IMG/VR virus record: IMGVR_UViG_3300017766_003354
Span: 82,906 to 146,905 of that record
From: a virus
Strand: one strand, 5' to 3'
DNA length: 64,000 nt
The notes beneath the pieces were generated by a model that was not told where the DNA came from, did not search any database, and saw nothing but the letters and a program-made list of their open reading frames with translations. Of the stretch, positions 57,014-64,000 are shown in pieces. Position numbers and translations under genes: made by a program. Positions within the stretch are counted from its first letter, which is position 1. Every line of letters starts with the position of its first letter.

Positions 57014-57508
57014 ATGAATTTTTACGAAAAATATATTACGAGCCTAAATAAAAACGAAGTTTTCCAATTCGGCTCAAATATGCAGGGGTTCCACGGCGGC
57101 GGTTCCGCAGGATTTGCCTCATTTAATAAAGCTGGCAACCATTGGCGAGAAGAAAAATACGGCGAAAAGCCAAACGGTTGGCGAGGATGCTGGAATGTTA
57201 AAGGAGTCTCAGAGGGTTTCCAAGCAGGAACAATTGGCAAAAGTTATGCTATTCCTACCGTCTCCAATGCGGGAATGAAAAGAAGCCTGTCTCCCGAAAC
57301 TATTAGTAACTCAATTCGCAGTTTTTATGCGTTTTGTAGATCTCAGCCAACTCTTAAATTCTTTGTCGCTCAAGATGCGAAGATGGGTTTAAATGGATAC
57401 AGCGGAGAAGAAATGGCAAAAATGTATGCCACTGAAGAGCCTCCAAGTAATGTTTTCTTTTATAAGCCTTTTGGAGAATTAATCGAAAAACAAATAAAAA
57501 ACAAATGA
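57014..57508 (+). CDS. Conserved phage protein (A1S_2505-like)
   Basis: NEVFQFGSNMQGFHGGGSA, GKSYAIPT. Confidence 0.7.
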   Translation: MNFYEKYITSLNKNEVFQFGSNMQGFHGGGSAGFASFNKAGNHWREEKYGEKPNGWRGCWNVKGVSEGFQAGTIGKSYAIPTVSNAGMKRSLSPETISNSIRSFYAFCRSQPTLKFFVAQDAKMGLNGYSGEEMAKMYATEEPPSNVFFYKPFGELIEKQIKNK

Positions 57509-57753
57509 AAGCAATACTAGAATCAACATCAATTAACATAGGAATGGACATACACACCTTCCATCCATCGAGCTATTCTTGTGGATTTGTTTGTCCTGTC
57601 AGTAGTAAATGGAAGAATTCGTCAATTAGGGTATTTTTTGAAGATATGGATTGTCCTTTGTTCCCAGACATTCAATACGACGACGAATTTGAAATTGAAG
57701 TAACTATTAAAAGAGTCCCAAAAAACCAACCTGAAGTTAAAAATTTCAAATGA
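57505..57753 (+). CDS. Hypothetical protein
   Basis: ATGA-coupled chain. Confidence 0.65.
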   Translation: MKAILESTSINIGMDIHTFHPSSYSCGFVCPVSSKWKNSSIRVFFEDMDCPLFPDIQYDDEFEIEVTIKRVPKNQPEVKNFK

Positions 57754-57932
57754 AAGACCGCGAATTTCTAATTTGGCTTCATGAGAGACTGGAACATGTC
57801 CACGGCGAAAATCATCTTCTTGATTACATGCATAAATTTCGAGCCGTGATTTCAACCATTCCAGAAGAACAAGAAACAAATTCATATCTTGGTAAAAATT
57901 CTTTAGAAGAACTAATGAAAGAATTCGAATGA
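57750..57932 (+). CDS. Hypothetical protein
   Basis: ATGA-coupled chain. Confidence 0.65.
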   Translation: MKDREFLIWLHERLEHVHGENHLLDYMHKFRAVISTIPEEQETNSYLGKNSLEELMKEFE

Positions 57933-58444
57933 GCGTAGAAGACGAAAAAACTCACAAATGCTACAAATGCGGCCAAACATTAAAACTTGGACACTCTCAA
58001 TACCATGACAAGGACTATTGTAGAAAATATCCTTACGACGAATATACTAATCTAATGAACGATTGGCCAGCGAGCGAATATACGCCAGAAGAGAAGTTAA
58101 AGCTTGGATTGATTCAAGAAGAACCTTCTTGGCAAAAAACAAATTCGAAAGAATTTATGCAAGAATATATCTGTTTTCCTTCAGACGAAGGAATCGTTAC
58201 TCATCCAGTTTTTGGAAGCGCAACATATATTCCGACAAAGTTTCAAATTGACGAATCTTTAATTGATGATGCTCTGAGGGTATGTTTCTGTCTTTTGGAT
58301 TGTATCGAAGAAGAGATTGACAGAATCCCAGAAAACGGTTACACTTCAAAACTCCTGAGACAAACAATGCTACTAGAAAAAAAATTGGCCGAAGAAACTC
58401 AGAGAAAATTAAAGGAACTTTTGGGTGAGGAAATAAAATCATGA
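57929..58444 (+). CDS. Hypothetical protein with N-terminal CxxC
   Basis: ATGA-coupled chain. Confidence 0.65.
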   Translation: MSVEDEKTHKCYKCGQTLKLGHSQYHDKDYCRKYPYDEYTNLMNDWPASEYTPEEKLKLGLIQEEPSWQKTNSKEFMQEYICFPSDEGIVTHPVFGSATYIPTKFQIDESLIDDALRVCFCLLDCIEEEIDRIPENGYTSKLLRQTMLLEKKLAEETQRKLKELLGEEIKS

Positions 58445-58644
58445 ACTTTTTTATCCTATGGACTGCTTTTGGGCAGTATGAATGGGTCGAAAATTGGCCC
58501 GAAGAAGAAGGCTCGCAGGGATATGCTTGGGGGCATGAAAATTATGGGAAAAGCAATTACATAATCATCCATGCTTTTCAATATCCAAAAGAATACTCTC
58601 AAACCCCAGAAGACAAACTACTAGATTCTATTTTTGGAAAATGA
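58441..58644 (+). CDS. Hypothetical protein
   Basis: ATGA-coupled chain. Confidence 0.6.
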   Translation: MNFFILWTAFGQYEWVENWPEEEGSQGYAWGHENYGKSNYIIIHAFQYPKEYSQTPEDKLLDSIFGK

Positions 58645-59240
58645 AATATTATGCTGGGATAGGAAGTCGGGCCTGCCCTCCCGACATAATGGACTTTATG
58701 AAAAAGATCGCGGCTCTTCTTGAAGAGAGCGGCTGGACTCTTAGATCGGGCGCGGCAGATGGCGCGGATTCGGCTTTTGCTTCTGGAGTAAAAAAGAGGG
58801 CTGAAATTTGGATTCCTTGGAATAACTTCGGGGAGCCTCATAACCCTAATCATACTTACAGGGTAATCAGCAGCAACGACAAAAAGGCTTTCGAATCTGT
58901 CAATCAATTTCATCCCAACGGCCCAAACTTGTCACAAGCCGCAAGAAAACTGATGGCTCGTAATTACCGCCAAATCGTAAGCACGACTATCGAAGATGGC
59001 AATAATTCTAAATTTGTGATCTGTTGGACACCCAATGGAGAAAGAAAAGGCGGGACTCGGCAGGCTTGGGATATTGCTGATTATTATGGAATTCCTGTTT
59101 TTAACCTTGCAATTCCGAAAGACTACGATAGGATCTCTACATGGCTCAAATTACAGCAACGCCGCGAGCCAGAAGAAATGAGTGATTGGGAATACTTAGA
59201 AGAAGATCCAATGAATGAACAATTTTACGGACAAGGGTAA
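58641..59240 (+). CDS. SLOG/DprA-like protein
   Basis: YAGIGSR, LRSGAADGADSAF, ARN, GGT..A..IA. Confidence 0.8.
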   Translation: MKYYAGIGSRACPPDIMDFMKKIAALLEESGWTLRSGAADGADSAFASGVKKRAEIWIPWNNFGEPHNPNHTYRVISSNDKKAFESVNQFHPNGPNLSQAARKLMARNYRQIVSTTIEDGNNSKFVICWTPNGERKGGTRQAWDIADYYGIPVFNLAIPKDYDRISTWLKLQQRREPEEMSDWEYLEEDPMNEQFYGQG

Positions 59241-59242
59241 TT

Positions 59243-59587
59243 ATGCACTACGTAATTTTCAAAACAAAATCTGGCCCGCAATTGGGCTGGTATAATTATT
59301 ATCGGCCTAGTGATTTTTTTGTGGTTGGTTCGGGGACAACCCCGCATACGCAGAAACATTATTGTGATTTGAATTTTAAGGTCTTGGCGCGTCTTTCTTA
59401 TAAAATTGAGAAGCGGGCAGGAATTTGGAGTCCCGCCGAATATCCTGAAAACAATACCTTGACAATTGAACTCGAAGAAGATGTAAAGGCCGAAGATCTT
59501 CCTGATGTTTCGAAAATGAAAGGATTCAAGAAGTTTTTCGGAGAAAAAAATATTAAGAAAGTCGAAATACAATGCCACGAACAATAA
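59243..59587 (+). CDS. Hypothetical protein
   Basis: In-operon ORF. Confidence 0.6.
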   Translation: MHYVIFKTKSGPQLGWYNYYRPSDFFVVGSGTTPHTQKHYCDLNFKVLARLSYKIEKRAGIWSPAEYPENNTLTIELEEDVKAEDLPDVSKMKGFKKFFGEKNIKKVEIQCHEQ

Positions 59588-59916
59588 AATTCAGAATTTG
59601 GGATAAGGTAGATAAGGAATTCGCGCCCTTCATGGACGGAGATCTTGTTGCTTTTCAGTTTTATTGCCCGAACCCACCTTCAGAATATGTCGTCCAGCAA
59701 TTCACAGGAATGCTCGACAAGAACAAAAAAGAGATTTATGAGGGCGACATTTTGAAGGTCCGAGGATATAGGGGCGCTGTTGGACAGGTTGTTGTCAAGT
59801 GGGAAGAGACTCGGGCTTCTGATGATATGGGGTATGATGTAGTTGGATTTATTCAATGGGAAGACCCTGAAGTTATTGGAAACGTCTTTCAGAACCCCGA
59901 ATTACTAAAAAAATGA
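59572..59916 (+). CDS. YopX family protein (second copy)
   Basis: IKFRIWD, QFTGMLDKNKKEIYEGDI, VIGNVFQNPELL. Confidence 0.9.
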   Translation: MPRTIKFRIWDKVDKEFAPFMDGDLVAFQFYCPNPPSEYVVQQFTGMLDKNKKEIYEGDILKVRGYRGAVGQVVVKWEETRASDDMGYDVVGFIQWEDPEVIGNVFQNPELLKK

Positions 59917-60110
59917 AAAACCCCAAAATCAAATACCGCAACGGAGACAAAGGCTGGCTCCTTACAACAACGCGCCCGAACACTTCTTTTTGTTTCTTAA
60001 CTATGAAAGAAAATACAGGCTGTATTATTCACCATAATAAAGACGGCAAATATTTAGGATACAAGGATGAATGGCCGTTGGATGTTGTTTGGGTGGAGGG
60101 AGAAGTATGA
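59913..60110 (+). CDS. Hypothetical protein
   Basis: ATGA-coupled. Confidence 0.6.
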   Translation: MKNPKIKYRNGDKGWLLTTTRPNTSFCFLTMKENTGCIIHHNKDGKYLGYKDEWPLDVVWVEGEV

Positions 60111-60430
60111 AGAAAGTAACAATAGAACTCGCACGCACACAAAACCATATTCAAGGATATGGAAGAATTGTCCAGCCATACAAAGACTCGCCCGAAATTC
60201 TCAATAAAATTGTCGAATGGTCCCAAGACAAAAATATAAGCGTCTATAGTCACAGAGTCTATTCTGTTGAGGGAGAAGCGAGTGATAGGGTTTATGCTTA
60301 TTTTGCCGATGGGGAGAAAGTCAGTGAAGAAAAATACAATCTTTTAAAAGATGACAAACGCGGGCGTGCTTATTTTGTCTGTTATTGTGAGTTGGTGGAT
60401 TATTTGGATATTTATTATCAGGAGAAATGA
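60107..60430 (+). CDS. Hypothetical protein
   Basis: Start reassigned to ATG 60107 (ATGA overlap). Confidence 0.6.
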   Translation: MKKVTIELARTQNHIQGYGRIVQPYKDSPEILNKIVEWSQDKNISVYSHRVYSVEGEASDRVYAYFADGEKVSEEKYNLLKDDKRGRAYFVCYCELVDYLDIYYQEK

Positions 60431-60705
60431 AAGACACTCTATATTTTCGCACTCACTATACCCAATGGGAACACGAATACCTCGAAAATCTTTTGCGGGA
60501 AGAATTGGAGAAGCGTGGTTGTGAGTTGATCTATTATAGACAATTCAAGCGCGGGCATGTTCCAATGTGGAGAGAAGGCAAGACAGACGCTAGGAGGTCA
60601 ACCCTTTTGGATATTTGTGCAGAATTCAATATTGATATCGAATCAGGTGGATATGCTTACAAAAATGGAGTAATGGAGAGGGAGTTGTATGATTGGCCGA
60701 AATGA
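60427..60705 (+). CDS. Hypothetical protein
   Basis: ATGA-coupled. Confidence 0.6.
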   Translation: MKDTLYFRTHYTQWEHEYLENLLREELEKRGCELIYYRQFKRGHVPMWREGKTDARRSTLLDICAEFNIDIESGGYAYKNGVMERELYDWPK

Positions 60706-61237
60706 AGAGTGTTTCGAATGTGGCTCAGTAGAAAACCTACATAATCACCATGTAGTTCCTAGATCTTTGGGAGGAACTAAAACCATTCCTCTTTGCTGTT
60801 ATTGCCATGGTAAAGTTCATGGGATAGACTTTTCTAATCATAGCAATTTAATTAAAGAGGGGATAAGAAAGACGACGAAAGAACTTGGTCGGCCAAATTA
60901 TGGCAAATTCGAAGGAGAGACAGAACTTCTGGAGTTAATTCGGGGCATAAGAGACAAGGAGAATATGTCATATTTTAATATAGCCCAGAAATTAAACCAA
61001 GATGGAATTCCTACAAGGACGGGCAAACCTTGGCACGGAGAAGTCGTCCGTCGTTTATGTGGGGCGGAAAGAAAGCGCAAGGAGAGAAAAGTAGAGAAAC
61101 TTTCTGATCATCAGGATATTGTTGATCTTTTAAATCAAAAGGTTTCAATTCGAAAGACGGCAAAATTAACTGGAAAAGGATTTTCTACGGTTCAGAGGGT
61201 TAAGAAATTAATGGCGGAAATGAATTTGGGCGTCTGA
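60689..61237 (+). CDS. HNH endonuclease with recombinase-like DNA-binding segment and HTH
   Basis: CFEC..HNHHVVPRSLGG..LCCYCHGKVH; IAQKLNQDGIPTRTGKPW; SIRKTAKLTGKGFSTVQRVK. Confidence 0.75.
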   Translation: MIGRNEECFECGSVENLHNHHVVPRSLGGTKTIPLCCYCHGKVHGIDFSNHSNLIKEGIRKTTKELGRPNYGKFEGETELLELIRGIRDKENMSYFNIAQKLNQDGIPTRTGKPWHGEVVRRLCGAERKRKERKVEKLSDHQDIVDLLNQKVSIRKTAKLTGKGFSTVQRVKKLMAEMNLGV

Positions 61238-61309
61238 TTTTTTTGAGTTTTGTCTAGGGTTTGGGTTAATAGGGGAATGGCAAATTTTTAGGAAAGGGTA
61301 TAGTTCTTT

Positions 61310-61897
61310 TTATTCTGGAGTTGGGGCGTCTGGAGGGGTGAATTTACCGCCTTTTACAAGGTTATCTTTTGCCCACAGAGGTTGAAGATTAGAATAATGG
61401 AAACAGGCTTTTTGTTGTTCTGGGTCGGTTAAATCAAACGATACACAAGGTCGAATATGGTCGATGTGCCAACCATAGAATCCATAATTGTCCCAACTCA
61501 TACCCTCGGTAAATTGGGATTCTATATGTGAAGTCAATTCTTGAAAAGAACATCCCGTTAATTGGGAATTCGTATATTCTCTATTCAATAATCTGTAAAT
61601 TCTTTTAGACGCCTGTCTTTTAGCTTTAACTTGCGGGCGCTTTCTATATTCTCTTCTATAGATAGCTTTTTTCTCTTTGTTTTCTTTAGAGTATATTTTA
61701 GCGTATTCTCTTTTTCTTTCTTTGTTTTGTTCTCTATAAGCTGCGTCTTTAGCTTTTTTCTCAGGAGTTTTTCTTAGTTGTTTATAGTATAGAGAAAAGC
61801 AGATTTTACAGCGGCAATTTCTTTTATCCTTTGATGGTTCGTGATAATAGAAGTCGTCCATAGGTTTAATCTCGTTGCAGTCTTTACATTGTTTCAT
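61310..61897 (-). CDS. HNH-type homing endonuclease with N-terminal zinc finger
   Basis: ATG 61897; CKDC..FY..CKIC; GMSWDNYG..WHIDHIRP..HYSNLQPLWAKDN..KG. Confidence 0.85.
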   Translation of the reverse strand: MKQCKDCNEIKPMDDFYYHEPSKDKRNCRCKICFSLYYKQLRKTPEKKAKDAAYREQNKERKREYAKIYSKENKEKKAIYRREYRKRPQVKAKRQASKRIYRLLNREYTNSQLTGCSFQELTSHIESQFTEGMSWDNYGFYGWHIDHIRPCVSFDLTDPEQQKACFHYSNLQPLWAKDNLVKGGKFTPPDAPTPE

Positions 61898-62111
61898 ATA
61901 CAGATCATTACACCAAAAAGCGTCATTAACGCTATCAATAATCAATTGTTTCCGTCCCAACATATCGCGTTGGTGACCCCACGGCAATTCCGTCTTCTGT
62001 TAGGCTCTAGCAGAATTTAAAACAAAGGGTCAGTCGACTTTTCGACTAGTGTTCAAATGAATTTGCAAGTTTTTTCTCAAAAAAAATAATCGCATTAAAA
62101 CAAAGAAAGTC

Positions 62112-62140
62112 TTGATTCAACCTCCGCACAATCGTATTCT
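62112..62140 (+). promoter_or_regulatory. Sigma70-type (early) promoter with upstream A-tract
   Basis: TTGATT-17 nt-TATTCT. Confidence 0.6.
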
Positions 62141-62203
62141 TTCGCCAGCGGGAGGCGGGATGCTTCGCCCAGATAGTCAACCAAACCAAACCATTAGCAA
62201 GTC

Positions 62204-62356
62204 ATGAAAAAATACTTCTATTCTATCCGCATTCAATACGGCCCTTGCGCATCAAGCGAAAAGGCCCCTTTCTTCAACTATCGCGAAGCTTGCGCCTTTG
62301 CCAAGAAACAAGGCAAAGGCTGGAAAGTCATTAAACACGCCATGCCCGCCAAGTAA
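62204..62356 (+). CDS. Small hypothetical protein (50 aa)
   Basis: MKKYFYSIRIQYG..AFAKKQGKGWKVIK; A/C-rich leader; not in ORF track. Confidence 0.6.
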   Translation: MKKYFYSIRIQYGPCASSEKAPFFNYREACAFAKKQGKGWKVIKHAMPAK

Positions 62357-62381
62357 TCAATCAAACCAAACAATCAAGATC

Positions 62382-62711
62382 ATGAAAAAACCAAGCGAAA
62401 TAAATATCACTGGAAGTAAGACCCTGAAAGACTTGCTTATGTCTTTTGGAAAGATTGACAATTGGACGCCCGAAAGTGAGGGGCGGAAGTATCTCACAAT
62501 TAAACTCACGGTTGATTCAACTTGCGTCCCTACGGCCATAGGGGGCAATGCAAACTCTGAAGACTGTGCAAAGGCCCTTGAATTCATGCCGAACGGCTTT
62601 GCAGCTATGCTGGCCGACTATCAAGCTAAGGCTAAGGCCATACGTGACGAGCGCGTGAAAGGCCAGCTTGTGCCAAGTTGGAAGATTGCCATTCATGCGG
62701 AGAAAGTCTAA
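62382..62711 (+). CDS. Hypothetical protein (109 aa)
   Basis: ATG 62382 after A/C-rich leader. Confidence 0.65.
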   Translation: MKKPSEINITGSKTLKDLLMSFGKIDNWTPESEGRKYLTIKLTVDSTCVPTAIGGNANSEDCAKALEFMPNGFAAMLADYQAKAKAIRDERVKGQLVPSWKIAIHAEKV

Positions 62712-62719
62712 AGACACAA

Positions 62720-62744
62720 GGGGGCGGGGTCATTCCCGCCCCCC
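62720..62744 (+). terminator. GC-rich hairpin (terminator or processing stem)
   Basis: GGGGGCGGG/CCCGCCCCC stem; weak U-tract. Confidence 0.55.
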
Positions 62745-62771
62745 CTCTCAACAATCAACTCACCTAAAACA

Positions 62772-62891
62772 ATGACCTTCCCTGACAATCAAGCCGACTA
62801 TGAGGAGTATTGCGCCGTCATGAATGAGATGACCGATCATGTCGAAGCCACTATCCCTGACCCCTTACCCTCCCATATTTGCGTCCCTTAA
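62772..62891 (+). CDS. Small acidic hypothetical protein (39 aa)
   Basis: MTFPDNQADYEEYCAVMNEM..; A/C-rich leader. Confidence 0.5.
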   Translation: MTFPDNQADYEEYCAVMNEMTDHVEATIPDPLPSHICVP

Positions 62892-62931
62892 TAATAAACT
62901 TGAGCCTATTTGTCATTAACCTCAAAAAATC

Positions 62932-63126
62932 ATGAAAACAAACACTCACTTGCGGACAGGCGAGCAACTACGCATTGGCTTCCCCTTCCCTCCCCGCATG
63001 ATGGACAAAAGCGGCTTTGTGTATGCAATCAAACTGCACTCTCGGGATGGATTAGGGAGTGGATTGCCAAATGAATGTGTTGTGGTAGTAGGCCAGAAGC
63101 TAGGCCAAGGAAAAAAGTTTCTGTAA
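62932..63126 (+). CDS. Hypothetical protein (64 aa)
   Basis: A-rich leader, followed by terminator. Confidence 0.5.
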   Translation: MKTNTHLRTGEQLRIGFPFPPRMMDKSGFVYAIKLHSRDGLGSGLPNECVVVVGQKLGQGKKFL

Positions 63127-63150
63127 ATTGACTTTCTAGGTGGTTGACTA

Positions 63151-63184
63151 GCCCCGCAGGGTGGTTCCTGCGGGGCATTCTTTT
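63151..63184 (+). terminator. Intrinsic terminator
   Basis: GCCCCGCAGG/CCTGCGGGGC stem then ATTCTTTT. Confidence 0.8.
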
Positions 63185-63255
63185 GGTTAGATTCTAACCG
63201 TTAGTTATGCCATAACTACAGATATACTATAACTGTTCACCCGAACACAAAACAA

Positions 63256-63352
63256 AAAGCCACAACTCGTTGAAAATAAACGACTTACGTATGGGCGACC
63301 CCTACGGGGTCCGTTAAACGTAAGTCGTTGAAAATGAGGCACTTATGGCTTT
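63256..63352. repeat. Nested inverted repeat with 35-bp arms
   Basis: AACGACTTACGT (63279-63290)/ACGTAAGTCGTT (63318-63329), outer AAAGCCA/TGGCTTT, inner GACCCC/GGGGTC. Confidence 0.8.
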
Positions 63353-63497
63353 CTACGAATAGCTCGTTTGAACACTACTCGCCCGCGCACCCGCACGCGG
63401 CGGGCCGCCAGAATATTACGACTTGTCAAGAAAAACTTTTATTTTAATTCACGAAGAATTTTCTTGCGATAGCCTGAAAAAATAGTAACTTTCTCTC

Positions 63498-63680
63498 ATG
63501 AAGACCACCACGCGAGTTTACAAAATCCAAAGTCTTTTTTCCGTTCTCACTCTTTCTGTCGCAGGAAATTCTTGCGTTATCCTTAAAAATGGCCATACCT
63601 ACGACGGCACGCGGCAAGAGGCCGCAAATATCTTGCGCTATGCTAAAATGAAAAACGGACTCGTTTCCCTGATCAAATGA
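63498..63680 (+). CDS. Hypothetical protein (60 aa)
   Basis: After promoter-like AT-rich region; ATGA-coupled to next. Confidence 0.6.
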   Translation: MKTTTRVYKIQSLFSVLTLSVAGNSCVILKNGHTYDGTRQEAANILRYAKMKNGLVSLIK

Positions 63681-63874
63681 AAACCTCAAAAATTTATATC
63701 GTAGTCTTTCGGGACGTTGTTCACCAAACCGCTAAATACTTTTCAACCTATCCTATCCGAGTCCGCGCCTTTGATCTTGACGACGCGCAAGAAAAGGCAA
63801 TTGACACGATCACAAGCATCAGCGAAAGCTTTGGCTCGATCAAATCAATAACCCGTTCACTTTCCACACTATGA
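63677..63874 (+). CDS. Hypothetical protein (65 aa)
   Basis: ATGA-coupled; VRAFDLDDAQEKA pattern common in small phage proteins. Confidence 0.6.
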   Translation: MKTSKIYIVVFRDVVHQTAKYFSTYPIRVRAFDLDDAQEKAIDTITSISESFGSIKSITRSLSTL

Positions 63875-64000
63875 AACCCGCAATTCTTCTCTTGGCCTTT
63901 TCGATTGTTCACCTGATTGTTTTTTGTTTTTCGGGTGATGTTGGGGTTTTCTGGTTTGCTTTTCTCGTGACAATCGCCCTTTGCACAAACCTCGCATGGA
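63871..64000 (+). CDS. Small membrane protein, partial
   Basis: MKPAILLLAFSIVHLIVF.. two hydrophobic stretches; runs off window. Confidence 0.5.
   Translation, partial: MKPAILLLAFSIVHLIVFCFSGDVGVFWFAFLVTIALCTNLAW

Noticed and set aside
1-64000. Stop-codon reassignment or tRNA genes
   Set aside because: Core genes are full length under code 11, TAA/TAG/TGA all terminate genes, and no cloverleaf was recognised

Overview
This window is a 64-kb segment of a large tailed dsDNA phage genome (Caudoviricetes, standard genetic code, densely overlapping genes, essentially no Shine-Dalgarno sites). Left to right it carries: replication/recombination genes (DnaB N-terminus, two PD-(D/E)xK paralogs, RecA/UvsX); a sugar-modification cassette (GDP-mannose dehydratase, SAM methyltransferase, four GT-A glycosyltransferases); class II ribonucleotide reductase; a structured intergenic region; dUTPase, dNMP kinase, a sigma factor and further GT4/GT9 glycosyltransferases; a Whirly-like SSB and a Rad52-like annealase; a minus-strand morphogenesis module (tail/fibre proteins, 2051-aa tape measure, tail tube plus paralog, neck, capsid, protease-scaffold, portal, terminase, ERCC4 nuclease, second sigma factor, PhoH); and accessory/early small genes with several homing endonucleases. 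The most notable candidates are: (i) a phage-encoded glycosylation system paired with strong [S/T]-G enrichment in outer virion proteins; (ii) a GTGTAA promoter-like motif before late genes alongside leaderless sigma70 promoters; (iii) a repeated-loop hairpin array upstream of nrdJ; (iv) a probable frameshift extension of the tail tube; (v) a tape measure protein with FxPNF-delimited modules including a nuclease-like motif. All calls rest on motif recognition by eye; no database searches were run and counts are hand counts.
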